This document shows, piece by piece, positions 14,954-27,915 of a DNA stretch of 64,000 nt (the stretch's first letter is position 1; every line of letters starts with the position of its first letter). The position numbers and the translations under genes are program-made. The stretch is from Selaginella moellendorffii (lineage: Eukaryota; Plantae; Lycopodiophyta): positions 1 to 64,000 of the forward strand of contig NW_003314413.1 in NCBI RefSeq assembly GCF_000143415.4, given 5' to 3'. The notes beneath the pieces were generated by a model. It was not told the origin of the DNA, ran no database searches, and was given only the letters and a program-made list of their open reading frames with translations.

Positions 14954-15457
14954 CAAGCGATGGAGACTGACTATGTTCGCACCGAGGACAGTGTCTAGTT
15001 CTGTCAAGGGAGCAGAGTGTATCAACCAAAAACCCAGGCTCATGGGACTCTGACCTTGAACCCAGGGCTGCATCAGAGCCATAGATTAAATTATGCACAG
15101 CATATAGTATATGCTAGCAGTTAGAACCGCTAGCCTTTCAAAGGGGGGAATCCGAATTGTGGATCCCTATCTCCATTCCATCATTTTTTTTATCAATACA
15201 CTGCATTCTCTTACTCATGCTTCTTCTCAGCCCTTGAAGATTGGGCCTTTTCCTCTTTTGTTTTCTTACTAACAGTAGATTTCCAGCAAAGAGGAGTTTT
15301 CACACCTCTTCACCAACCTTGAATTGAAATGAACTTATCTATATGAGTTCATTTATGAAAGTTTATCTCTTGACTAAGTTGTTAATAATCAAGAGCATCC
15401 CTTCATATTCAAAAGGCTTAGTATTTAATGATGGAAGATACTTGGGAATATGGCTTT

Positions 15458-16051
15458 TGTAGCATATGTGATTATGGGATGAGATTTGGATATACTGTCA
15501 CCGTGGATCTTTAGAACCTTAGGGGATAAGTGGGGATAAAGTAACCACTAAGGGTTCTTTTATCAAGCAATTGCCCCTTTTCCAGTTGGCTTAAGAGGAG
15601 AGAGATAAAGTGTGCTATATGTGGTATCAGAGCAAATGGCACGGGTTCAATTCCCATTGATTAGTGACTACTTAAAAATATAATATACCCTTGAGTAAGG
15701 TATATTCTTACCCCTAAATTCCTTCCTCTTGTGTGGAGTATCCATGGACGAAGATATCCACTGTAGGACTACAATACGGGTGGATGACTAGTTGCCTCAC
15801 ATGGAATAGCTAGTCTACACAATGAAAGGATTAGTAGAGTAGGGGCTGTTAACATGGAATAGCTAGTCTACACAATGAAAGGATTAGTAGAGTAGGAATA
15901 GCTAGTCTACACAATGAAAGGATTAGTAGAGTAGGGGCTGTTAATCAATAGTCAATAAGGATATTGTCATCTCCATACCCATACCACCATACTGTCACCA
16001 TGGATTCTTGGAACCTTAGGGGATAAATAGGGATAAAGTAGTCACTAAGGG
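15458..16051 (+). mobile_element. Rearranged/truncated TRIM (family T2); 5' LTR 15458-15619, PBS 15622-15633, partial 3' LTR ~15990-16051
   Basis: Homologous to the complete copy at 27916-28580. Canonical TGGTATCAGAGC PBS. An internal ~41-bp segment (GGAATAGCTAGTCTACACAATGAAAGGATTAGTAGAGTAGG) is triplicated at ~15802-15935. Confidence 0.85.
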
Positions 16052-17288
16052 TAGTATATTTTATGGGCTTTTATTGATGATATGAAGACTATCCACTCAA
16101 AGTGTTATTTTTCTTTACTAGTAAAGAGGTTGGTATAGACCTTAGAGCAGAAAGCTCTCTAGGTGCCAATGTTAGGTGCCAAGACACCACTTTAAATTGA
16201 GCCACTTTAAGTGCTTAATGAAAAAGCTAAAGTAATTATCAAATGCCAACAAAATCCACTATAAAGTACATAAGGATGCTTATGAGGGGCAAGTGTTAGG
16301 TTTAAATCTATAGTAGCAAATTTGGTTTTATTTTAACCCCATGTTTCAATAGAGAATGAAAGTAAACAATTTTTTCAAGATGGTGTTGGTTATATTGCTG
16401 CAACATTGATGCTAACTATATAAAATGGCTTGAAAACACTATAATAACAAAATTTAATATAATACCTAAAGAATGGTTTATTTCTAATAAGGTTGCATTT
16501 ATCTCGGATAAAATTGTGAACATTGAGAAATCTGGTTTCAATTTTAAGAGGAGAAAAAAAGGGAAGGAAATTACATTTATTTATACCATCTTTAAGTAGA
16601 AGTAAGGTAAAGTAAGCTCAACTCAAATGCTTGAGTGTGAGAATCTCTTCACAAAGTATATCACTATGCTTGCAAAAGAGTATATTGTTAAAATAGAAAA
16701 TGGAAAGTACACAATTGTTATTCAAGAATTTCCTTCTTGTACATGTCCAAACTTTATTAAGTGCGAGGAATATAGGAAGATATATGTGTAAGCTTCTGAA
16801 TTTGGACTTCCCGGAAAGTCACCTAGCCTAGTACTATTCAAACTCAATGATGTTTAACCCCATGTATCCCAAGACCTTTAACAAATTGGAAAAGAGGGTG
16901 CACTTTTGTTTATGGGCCCTTTTCTTCTATATTTAAACCCCATGGATGTCTCTCAAGTCGTTCTATCACGCTTACAATCTATCACACTTCTTTTCAAGTT
17001 CATGCCTTCATGAACAGAAGCTAAGAGCCACAGCTATCCAAAGAGCCCTGCTCTTTTGACACCCTACCCCTCAGGTCGAGCCCAGTGTGAAACACAAATC
17101 CCTAAGCCCCAAAATGGAGCTGAAAGGGTGCCACGTGGTAGTGGCCAAAGCGAAAGCCAAACAAGCGTAACACATTTGGACTAAAAGCTCCCACTTGAGG
17201 AGTTTGAGATGAACCTGAGAGAGAATCCGAGATGGAGTCTGAGATGGACTCGAGAGGGAGTCCGAGATGGACCGAGATGGAGTCCGAG

Positions 17289-17475
17289 TGTAAGCTCCTG
17301 AGTTTGGACTTCCCGGGAGGTCACCCAGCCCAGTACTATTCAAACCCAAGGATGCTTAACTCCAATTATCCCAAGACCTTTAACCAATTGGGGTGCACTC
17401 TTATTCATGGGCCCTTTCCCTCTATATTTGAACCCCATGGATCGTCTCTTGAGTCGTTCTCTTTGGTTACTTACA
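17289..17475 (-). mobile_element. Solo LTR of the 5S-bearing TRIM (best-preserved copy)
   Basis: TGTAAG...CTTACA, 187 bp, TSD CCGAG/TCGAG, interrupts the GAGATGG array. Confidence 0.9.
17306..17361 (-). promoter_or_regulatory. 5S rRNA-derived RNA polymerase III internal promoter (A box, intermediate element, C box) within the TRIM LTR
   Basis: Minus strand reads AGTTAAGCATCCTTGGGTTTGAATAGTACTGGGCTGGGTGACCTCCCGGGAAGTCC, matching the plant 5S rRNA internal control region. Confidence 0.9.
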
Positions 17476-17940
17476 TCGAGATGGACCGAGATGGAGTTCG
17501 AGATAGAGTCTGAGATGGACCGAGATGGAGTCTGATATGGAGTTCGAGATGGATCGAGATGGAGTCCGAGATGGACCCAAGATGGAGTCCAAGATGGACC
17601 CGAGATGGAATCTGAGATGGAGTCTAAGAAGGACCCGAGATGGAATCCGAGATGGAGTCTGAGAAGGACCTGAGATGGAGTCCGAAGTCGAGATCGAGAC
17701 TAACACCAGGACCGAGACCGCGACCGAGACCGGGACCGAGACCAAGACCAAAGCTGAGGCCGAGACTGAGCCCAAGCCCGAGTCCGAGTCCGAGTCCGAG
17801 TTCGAGTCCGAGTTTGAGCCTGAGTCCGAGTCTAAGTTCGAGTTTGAGAGGGTGAAAGCCCAAAGCGTTCGTCTCCCAAACCCTAGGGGGTTTGGTGAGC
17901 TCCAAAAGTATAGTAGGGGGAGGACTCTAGTGGAGCCAGT

Positions 17941-18735
17941 TGTAAGTGACTAATTTTTCCATTCTACTTTAGTCACTTAACCACACCTCCGACCACTTGG
18001 AGGAGTCTCATTCACAACCTCCTTAAGTCCAATTCAGGACTTGGGACTTGCTAGCCCCGAGAATGGCATCTATGCCACTCATCCCTTGCACTTAGTCCAA
18101 GTGCTCCACGTGCCCGGTCCCAAGTCGCTTACAACTGGCTCCACTGGAGTCCTCCCCCTACTATACTTTTGGAGCTCACCAAACCCCCTAGGGTTTGGGA
18201 GACGAATGCTTTGGGCTTTCACCCTCTCAGACTCGAACTCGAACTCGGACTTAGACTCAGACTCAGACTTGGACTCAGGCTTGGGCTCGGTCTCGGACTC
18301 GGGCTTGGGCTCGGTCTCGGCCTCAGCCTCAGTCTTGGCCTTGGCCTCAATCTCGGTCTTGGCCTTAGCCTCGGTCTCGGTCTCGGTCTCGATTTTGGAC
18401 TCCATCTCGGGTCTTTCTCGGACTCCATCTCAGATTCCATCTCGGGTCCATCTCAGACTCCATATCGGACTCCATCTCGGTCCATCTCGGACTCCATCTC
18501 GGGTCCATCTCGGACTCCATCTTGGGTCCATCTCGGACTCCATCTCGGGTCCATCTCAGACTCCATCTCGGGTCCATCTTGGATTCCATCTCAAACTCCA
18601 TCTCGGGTCCATCTTAGACTCCTCAAGTCAGAGCTTTTAGTCCAAACATGTTATGCTCATTTGGCTTTTACTTCAGCCACTACCACATGGCACCCTTTTG
18701 GCTCCACTTTGGGGCTTAGGGATTTGTGTCTCACA
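17941..18735 (-). mobile_element. Inverted solo LTR of family C
   Basis: Reverse complement of the family C LTR end to end, TG...CA termini, perfect TSD CCAGT (17936-17940 / 18736-18740). Confidence 0.88.
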
Positions 18736-19075
18736 CCAGTTTGGCCTAGGAAGGCTGTACCCAGATGTTGGGTGATGGGATAACCATTGGGAAGTCCAAG
18801 GCTAGAGTGAATACAAACCAACAAGTGGGGTAGCCTGGTAAAGTATTCAAGAGCCGGCTCTAGTCCCCCCGGGAGATCGAATGGTCAATGCTCCCAGTCC
18901 AAGTGTGGATGGCACTACCTACTTGGATACCTGGTGTGGCTCAACAAAACTTCGCTCTAAGCCCATGGCTAGAGCACCAAAGGCGGAAGGTGGGGAAAGT
19001 ACCCACGAGGCTTGCGGAAGGCCACAATGTTCTGAAATGTTATCGCAAAGTCCCAAACTGTGAAAAGGAAGAGGA

Positions 19076-22000
19076 TGTAGCGCACGTGGTTTTGACCCTT
19101 TATCCTATGGTGATTTACCATAGGATAACACCACGAAGTGGAACCTAAACCCTCTTTGTGCCACGTGACAGATGCCACGTGTCACATGCCACGTGTCCAT
19201 GCCACGTGTTCATAGGAACCCGAGGTTCAGGGCCTTGGGCCACTGAACGAAGGAACGGTGTCAAACTCCCAAGCGTGACGCCAAGGAGTGATAGAACCGG
19301 ACCACGAAGCAACTCCCGAGCATACAGCCCAAGGAGCGAAGGGACAGGGGCCTGGAGCGACTTGGAACAGTCCTAGAGCAACCAGCATCCCAATGCCAGG
19401 ACTAGCACGCAAAACGGAGCCAAACGGAGTCTGGCGCTATTTCAGCATACCGGTGGCCTAACGGGAGGACATGGGTACTCCACCAGCTAGCATGGAATGG
19501 AACTTGGGCTTAGACCCAAGCCGGACGCAGAACAAGGACAGGCACGCAAGCGGGAGCTAGACTATGCCTCAGGTTGGTCGGCCATGCCCGACCTACCCCC
19601 TATCCCTACTATACATTTGGAACCCCCCATAGCCCCCCCCCCTTGAGGAACACACGCTTTGGGCTTTCACCCCAAGCCTCCCTTAGTACCAGGAGTTAGT
19701 CTCTGGGACAAGCTCGAAACTTACTAAATATGGAATGTCCTTAGATTGCGAATTTGGACACGGGACGAACACCATTGTGTTCAGGCCAATCTCTACATTC
19801 CGTAGATATGCTAAATAAGCAAATCTGGACACTTTCCATAAATAGCATTTGGGACCGAATTGAGACTAACACTAAGGGCATGATAGCGAGGGTGTTTGGC
19901 AGACACGGTAAGCTATCATGTAGCGATATTGAGGGACCAATCTCAATATCGCGGGGGTTCCTAACACTAGCAAGTGCAAGCCAACATCATGAGTTTCTCA
20001 TCACCGTGTCAAGTCTGCTTGACTAAATGACAACTTAGGATTTCCTTCCTTAGTGCCCTTCCGGTCTAAGTGCACATGTGATGACCAGTTTCTCAACTAG
20101 CTTAGGTGGAAACTGATAACGGGTCCAGCAATACCGACCTCCTGCCATCGTGGCAGTAAGGTAAGAGTGTCCGTAAGGACTAGCCGACAGGTAACTTTCG
20201 ATACCCGAAGTCACATGCGCGACACTCTCCCCCCCTTGGGAAGATCGACGTCCTCGTCGATGCATACTCCAGTCTAGAATACCGCCAAGGAAACAACTCC
20301 ATAAAAAGTTCACGGTACTCACACTATGTGAGAAATGCACCAACTTAAATGAGTTAGGGGGAACCTCTTTGTCTAACGCGGATGTGCTACCAGCTCAGAC
20401 ACCTTCCGGCCGTCGCCGACAAGGAAATGACCAACGGAATCAGCCACCCTTGCTGCTCTGGGAGTCACCCAGCTTACAAAAGTGTGATATGCCCCTGCCC
20501 GCAGGAACATAGAGAGAGAAGCCAGAGGCCCCAACCCTCCTAAGCAAAGAAACCAAACCCGTCGGTAAGGTTTAGATAGACTACTGTAAACAGGCAGTTT
20601 AGAGTTGTTTACACGGTCACGCCCTTTCAACGGAATAAGGAACATCGACAAAGAGGCGGGTTATGTGACCAGTCGACAGTAGCTACCCCATGACTAGAGA
20701 TTTCACCATGCACACGAAGTGCCGAAGCCAGTCTGCCCATTACTGGCCCAAACTCAAAGATCAATAGATGGACAATATCAAAGTCATAGACAATGATAGT
20801 TTAGAGATTTAATTATCAGGGAATAAAGCTTAGATTAGAACACAAAAGTATTCCAAGTAAGTTATCATCCGATAAACAAGTATTATAGTATAAGAACCAC
20901 CAAGATCAGCATAATTGGTAAACATAGGATTCACCATTAAACAAAATTCAATAGCAAGTATACCATTAAGTAAACTCAATGATAAAGTTTAACTATTAAA
21001 GATTGCAGACAGAATGCTAAACAACTTACGAAAGATAACTCAAAGAACACAAAGTATCATACAAAATGCTCGCGAATGTATCACCCAAAGGAAATAACAT
21101 CCAAATCTATCAAAACTAACTCGAGCAATAATCAACAGAAGAGAATGAATGTTGCAAAGCAAACAAATATAGTGTTCATGCCAATCATCGCACTAGCCAA
21201 TCCAGATAGATCCCAGCCAATAACACCAAGGAACTCAAGTTGCCTAAGCAAGTGTCAGCAACATCCTACTGATGTCTCAAACCCAAGAGACCAATCCAGA
21301 GCAAACCACAAAGAACATGTGGTATTGCGAAAAGCCAAAAGCCATCAAAGAGAACAACTAACTATCATGAAAGATCGTCAATCAGCCCATCAATGTAGTG
21401 ATGTATAATCATCGTTGAAGAAAGAATCTACCATCCCGAAGAATAGCAAATAATTCCAAACCAACAATAATCAAGCAAAACTTGTGATAAGGACAATCAA
21501 CTACCCTAGATGATAGTCAATCATCACCAATGATTGCCAGATGCAAAAACCAACTTCAACATCGAAGCTAATGAGCCAAAATGCCTTCCCCAACAACTTC
21601 TAACAAATGGAACAATGAGCACAAAACTCAAGAACCAAAAGCTCGAAGAAGCTTATAACTAAGTCTTGCCTAATAATAATCACGAGTTTCATAGAAGCTA
21701 ACTTCAATGCTAAAGAAGAAATCATGGTGCAACCCACAATATCTTCCTCAACACATCCATAAGCCAAACTTCATAATGCCAAAGCTAATGAAGAGCATTT
21801 CTGCATCAATCCAAAAGCTAAGCATAACGAAGCTATGCTTAACAAGTGATCATCAAACGATCCTCCATGAATCCATCTATAGCAAGACGTAACTCACTTC
21901 ATAACAAGCTCTAAAAGAATCATTAATGATTGCTATATTCCGAACTCAAATCCAGCAAGGACTCAACATTCTAATATCGATCACTAACTCTTCTTCTCGT

Positions 22001-25000
22001 AGAGTTAGCATAGTCCACGACTAAATCACTTTTCAAGGAAAAGCTAAAGCTCAACCCTCTACTAAATAATCTCGTCTAGAACACAACTAACTCAACTTGC
22101 CACTCTGTTCGTTTGAACGTCAACACAGTTGCTAACTAGCAAATGCACGAATGCCAACAACACAAAGCTATAGCCAAATCATCAACACTATATTCATCAA
22201 GACTAATGAAACTCAATATCAATCTTTGGAAGGATATCTCATTTCACTCAGATCTCAATATCAACAATGTCAATGACAAAGCATCACTTCAATGCCATCA
22301 ACACCAAAACAAAGCTAGAAGAAAGCATGAGTGAATCACCACTCGGAGCTTTCTAACAACCAAGCTAACCAAGGTCGAAGATACTTTAATTAGTAACCGA
22401 GACCAATCCTTTAGCAAAACTCAGTTACAGATAACACTTCATCAAAGAGTGAATCACCACATCCAAGACTCAATGAAATCCAACACCACGGACTAAACGT
22501 AACCAAATGATATCGACAAAGATAGAATCGATATACTAACATAGGAAACCTATGCAAGTCTAACGACATGATCCTCCGCAACACCATCCGGTAAAGCAAG
22601 CCCATCACTGCTAAATCATCATCGAGCAAAGCAAGTGTCAACTGTCCTTGATGAAGTCTACAAGTAATCACTAGTCACAAAGCAACTAACAATCACTCCT
22701 CAACTTGCGTTCACAAGACCCGAACACTAACTCATGTCATTGAGTTACATACTTGTCCAACATGAACACAATACCCCAGGTACAAGATAAAAGTTCATAG
22801 ACAAGCACAAACTAAATGACCACTCGAATCCAACTCAACCGCAATAAGCTCACTAAAACATTTAGCCACTAGCTCTGAGCATGCTTTGAAGAGGCTAGCT
22901 ATGCAATCAACACTCAGTCGAAACTAAAGTGAAGACCATAAGATGGACTCATATCGGTACACAACCTCCTCATAGACAAAGCTATAGTATGGGTACCAAC
23001 ATCTCAACCTCAAACAACTAAGTTGAACATCACTATTCTTAGCCAAGGTGCAGGGCCACCAAGACCAAGTCAAGATCAGTGAGAGCTCACTACTCTCATA
23101 GAGTCTTAACAAAATGCAAGGTGCAACCTGCCACCGAGCATAATGCTATAAAAGAAAGGCACAAGGGTCACCCTTCTTAGAAAAGCGCAACAGCCACTTT
23201 TCTACACTAACTCCAGACTCTATCCAACTCAATTGCCTTAGCCCCAAAAGTCAGCATCCCTTTCGGGTCGCATCATACAAACTACTTACTAAGGTTTAAG
23301 CCAACCGAAGCCAACTCCAACCCCTTCAATAGTTTGTACTGGCTTACGAAAACGGAATGGTTTTCGAGCAAAATGATCAACAGATCAGCCATTGGAAAAG
23401 TCTAAGAAAATTTGTGGAAAATTTCCCATCCTAGAGAAAGAATGACTCTCAGTCCAGGAATACAAACTTTCAAGACTCAACCAACTTCTTCCTACTAACA
23501 ACTTCACATAGGTTCACCTCGACACAGATTCTTATGATCCATAATATGCTTAAGCATCGAACATCTTTTCCCATTTTTCCAATATCCAACACCGACATCC
23601 GCAAAATGCAAAATGAACATCCAAAGCTTGATCACGAAGACCACATCTTCGGATATCCATATTGCACTAACGCTCTTCTTCAATCACCTTCAAGATCCAA
23701 TGTGAAGCCAAAACACTAACAAGGAAAATGACATAGAAAATCAAGGTCCAAGGAAAATTCCTCATCACTTGAAATAACAATGCCACTTCCACTAACACAA
23801 GTGCTAGTGATGTTAATGCCCCAACTACACATCTTCTCCATCCAACAATCTACTCCAAGTGCTAACGGATCAACTGACAAGTCATAGCAAGTGAATGCTA
23901 TAACCCATTCCCAACACCTAATGGGCAAACTCAAGGAAACAAGGTACCAACTTAAGCTTAGCACAATGGATCACCATCGAGAATCCAGTCAAACCTACTA
24001 CAATGCTACTACGTGCAAGTAGACTAGCTTCTCCATCAACCACTTTGGGGTTGATCATCATTTACCCAAGCAACTTCGTAAACACATTGCTCATTATCAC
24101 ATGGATATGATATAAATCACAATGACTTGACCATCAATTGAGTAACGCAATGAGCAAGGCTTATGTCATTACTTCAAACGTTTATGTGAGTATCAAATGC
24201 CAACTCAAAGTGTAACCTCAAGTTGCTAATGCGCCTCACTCACGAGCCCAAGCTCAAACTCGTGCAAATGGAACATCTCCAATCCATCCTATGAGCCCAA
24301 GCGCAAGCTCACATCATAAGGTACAACAAGGTAACCCAAAACCTATCCCAAGAAACCAATGCGAAGTCTTTGCACCAAAACGTGTACCCACTCGGATCAT
24401 CGTTTTCATCTCTGCGTATGCAACGAGACTAGTTGCCCAATCTCATTGAATAGTACTCGCTAAGACTCATCCTCTGATACCAAATGTAGCGCACGTGGTT
24501 TTGACCCTTTATCCTATGGTGATTTACCATAGGATAACACCACGAAGCGGAACCTAAACCCTCTTTGTGCCACGTGACAGATGCCACGTGTCACATGCCA
24601 CGTGTCCATGCCACGTGTTCATAGGAACCCGAGGTTCAGGGCCTTGGGCCACTGAACGAAGGAACGGTGTCAAACTCCCAAGCGTGACGCCAAGGAGTGA
24701 TAGAACCGGACCACGGAGCAACTCCCGAGCATACAGCCCAAGGAGCGAAGGGACAGGGGCCCGGAGCGACTTGGAACAGTCCTAGAGCAACCAGCATCCC
24801 AATGCCAGGACTAGCACGCAAAACGGAGCCAAACGGAGTCTGGCGCTATTTCAGCATACCGGTGGCCTAACGGGAGGACATGGGTACTCCACCAGCTAGC
24901 ATGGAATGGAACTTGGGCTTAGACCCAAGCCGGACGCAGAACAAGGACAGGCACGCAAGCGGGAGCTAGACTATGCCTCAGGTTGGTCGGCCATGCCCGA

Positions 25001-25633
25001 CCTACCCCCTATCCCTACTATACATTTAGAACCCCCCATAGCCCCCCCCCCTTGAGGAACACACGCTTTGGGCTTTCACCCCAAGCCTCCCTTAGTACCA
25101 GGAGTTAGTCTCTGGGACAAGCTCGAAACTTACTAAATATGGAATGTCCTTAGATTGCGAATTTGGACACGGGACGAACACCATTGTGTTCAGGCCAATC
25201 TCTACATTCCGTAGATATGCTAAATAAGCAAATCTGGACACTTTCCATAAATAGCATTTGGGACCGAATTGAGACTAACGCTAAGGGCATGATAGCGAGG
25301 GTGTTTAGCAGACACGGTAAGCTATCATGTAGCGATATTGAGGGACCAATCTCAATATCGCGGGGGTTCCTAACACTAGCAAGTGCAAGCCAACATCATG
25401 AGTTTCTCATCACCGTGTCAAGTCTGCTTGACTAAATGACAACTTAGGATTTCCTTCCTTAGTGCCCTTCCGGTCTAAGTGCAGATGTGATGACCAGTTT
25501 CTCAACTAGCTTAGGTGGAAACTGATAACGGGTCCAGCAATACCGACCTCCTGCCATCGTGGCAGTAAGGTAAGAGTGTCCGTAAGGACTAGCCGACAGG
25601 TAACTTTCGATACCCGAAGTCACATGCGCGACA
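19076..25633 (-). mobile_element. Young non-autonomous LTR retroelement (LARD-like, family D); LTRs 19076-20224 and 24485-25633
   Basis: 1149-bp LTRs with about 7 differences. Perfect TSD GAGGA. PBS TGGTATCAGAG (tRNA-iMet) at ~24472-24482 on minus. PPT AAGGGGGGGAGAG adjoining 20224. The 4.26-kb interior has no long ORF, only faint Gypsy RT/INT remnants (WWP...C..C, YESI). Confidence 0.95.
19160..19211. promoter_or_regulatory. Tandem G-box/ABRE array (4 x GCCACGTG) in family D LTR; also ~24569-24620 and 3 copies at ~61609-61647
   Basis: GCCACGTGAC AGAT GCCACGTGTC ACAT GCCACGTGTC CAT GCCACGTGTT; function not shown. Confidence 0.6.
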
Positions 25634-27915
25634 GAGGAGCAGTCCTCTGGTGTAGAGACCAAGGATACGGTCGTGGGAGGAAGAAGTCCCAGAGGACCGT
25701 GGGATTTAGTAATCGGGCCTGTGGGCCTGGATCTAGTGGCAGTGATAGCAAACACGGCCATGGACAAAAAGGGTTTGGTGATGACCAAAAAAGGGATATT
25801 CGGGAAGGTTATTTCCCATGCATGCGGGCATCCTAAGGATGCTAAGGAGTGGATCTGGGATGATCACTCATGGATGGATGGCCCATGATAAAGCTCCTTC
25901 AAGGGATAGAGTTCCTTCAAGGTTCCCAAAGATAAATCTAAGTAGCTTAGTACCTAGAAAGCCAAGTGTAAATGGTTCATAGAGCATGCGAAATTAGAGT
26001 GGCGCAACAAAAGCATGGTTTTGAAGCGTGCCACAAGGCAAGGCTATCAAGGTTAAGGAAGTAGTTCCCGAGTGTTCAAAGAAAGGGCTTTGAACGAAAG
26101 TCGTTGGTTAAGGACTTTCATGCTTATGCATGAAACCATGTTATGGTGGCCGAATGACTTGCTAAGTGAGGTTGGCAAGTCGAGGGAACAAATACCCTAG
26201 TTGAAGGTGTTAACTTCAAAAGGGGTGGCCCATAGAGCCAAGCATGGAGGAGTTTATGCATGATCATAGACTTGTCAAGGGAAACGACTTGGCAATTTAG
26301 AGGGACTAGGTTCCTAAGCTATGATCCGTAGTGCACTTTGGATATAAATTGGTGCACCGGCGTGGGGAGTCACACTAAGCATCTAGGGTGATACCGTCCG
26401 TAGATGCATATACAAAGGTTGGGTTCAAGTCCCAACCTTCTAGTGCTTGGGTTCGAGTCCAAAATCACTAGGGCATGGTGATGGTTTGGAATATAAGGAC
26501 ACTTATATTTCGGTGGTCATGGACTTTTAGTGAAGAGACTAGCTTAGGCACACCGCCAAACAGGGGATGCCCCGGAGTCGTGATGCACGGTTAGATTACT
26601 TAGAGTAAAAGTTCGGCATATCTAACTTGAATACTTTGGTGCAAAGGGCACCAAGGACGTGGTGAATGAGATGGGGACACCCAGTCTCAGTTGCTATGGG
26701 TCCTTGGCCGGAAGGGCTGGTTTGGGCGCACTGCCAAGTGTGGAGGATGCCCCCAGGGTCATAGTCAACAATTTAAAAGGGTCTGGAAGACTTAGTTCCT
26801 CTTGGTAGATCTGTTAAGGGGTCAAGATGAGATCACTAGGTGATCTTGTGGCTAAACAAGGACAATGTCTTTGTTTGGGTTAAAGAATATGATTCCTAGT
26901 TCAAAGTGTTGATTTGAACTATTAATAATGGTGTGACTTAGTCAAGGTGACCAAGCGGGAAAGACACCGAAAGGGAAATTAATTGTGCCAATACGATGGT
27001 GTAGTAAGTCCAAGGAAGTAGTCTTTGGGAGAGACCCATAGGAGGGTCGCAAAGTTGGGCCATGAACAAAGCCTGTAGCAGAAAATGTTAAAGAGATCTA
27101 CTAGGGGTGAGCACCCTCTAGACTTAGCAAAGTAGAGCCTTTGCTATGGAACCAAAAGGATACCTCAAAAATGGAGGTAGGGATCCTATGTTGCTCAATG
27201 CAATAATCAACGAATAAAAGCAAAAGACTACTAGCCAAGTGTGGGCCATGGAGTTCATTGAAAGGAATCCAAATGGCAAAGTTAGGCATGGAATAGTAAT
27301 GTGTTGAATACTAATGGATTGTGAGAAAGGAAGTGTGCTTCCAAGGATGGATTCCCAAATGCTCCAAGTTGGCAAAGGTAAAAGCTTCAAAGGAGGGAGC
27401 AGCAAAGTAGCCAAATGATAGAGTTGTAGACATCTTTAGCACAACTTACAATAGCTAGAATTTAGTGCTAAAGGTGGCATAAAATAGAAAGGAGGATGAT
27501 GGTGCCCTCAAGTGGAGAACTTTCTAAGATGAGGAAGTGAAGTTGCACAATATGTGTAATGAAAGGTGTTAGAGACACCAAGGAAATTGACATCGAGAAG
27601 TGAAAATTAAAAGTTCCAAGGTGAACTAGTTATATCAATAGAAGTTGAGACTATTCGAGAATGAGTAGTGGGATTGAGCTAGAGAAAGTGTTTCTAATGG
27701 GTTTAGCGAAAGCTAAACCAATAAAAGGGAGAGAATCACCTGAGGTGGTCAGATGAGTCTCTATGTTGGAAACACTATGCTCCTTAGAGTTTGGACAGGG
27801 CATGGCAAGCCTTTAGTGTCAAACCATTGACAAATATGGGCTAGGTGCCAAGGATGGAAAATGTAATATATGCTGGTGTTACTTTATAAAATGGTTTATC
27901 GTTCTATAAGGACAT

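Larger units (their letters stand above)
5121..15312 (+). mobile_element. Full-length non-chromovirus Ty3/Gypsy LTR retrotransposon (family A) with disabling stops and frameshifts; LTRs 5121-5415 and 15018-15312
   Basis: 295-bp TG...CA LTRs with about 22 differences by manual count. TSD CCATC/CCAAC. PBS-like TGGCAACCACGG after the 5' LTR (resembles tRNA-Arg PBS TGGCGACCAC). PPT AAGGGAGCAGAG. Domain order gag-PR-RT-RH-INT. Confidence 0.95.
17205..17850 (+). repeat. 11/12-bp (GAGATGGACCC / GAGATGGAGTCC) and 6-bp (GAGACC / GAGTCC) tandem arrays inside family C LTRs; also 18230-18620 (inverted), 28730-28900 and a relic at ~63040-63235
   Basis: Directly visible periodic sequence. Confidence 0.9.

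Noticed and set aside
17306-17361. Functional 5S rRNA gene
   Set aside because: Only the ~56-bp internal promoter part is present, inside TG...CA LTRs with TSDs; the 5' half and terminator are absent
17205-18783. ORFs such as MESEMESE..., LGLGLG..., PRPRP... as real proteins, or the arrays as CRISPR
   Set aside because: Stop-free frames arise from 6/11/12-bp repeats within LTRs; there are no unique spacers or cas genes and the context is eukaryotic
26415-26465. tRNA gene or SINE suggested by GGTTCAAGTCC and GGTTCGAGTCC
   Set aside because: No cloverleaf, A box, tail or TSD could be built
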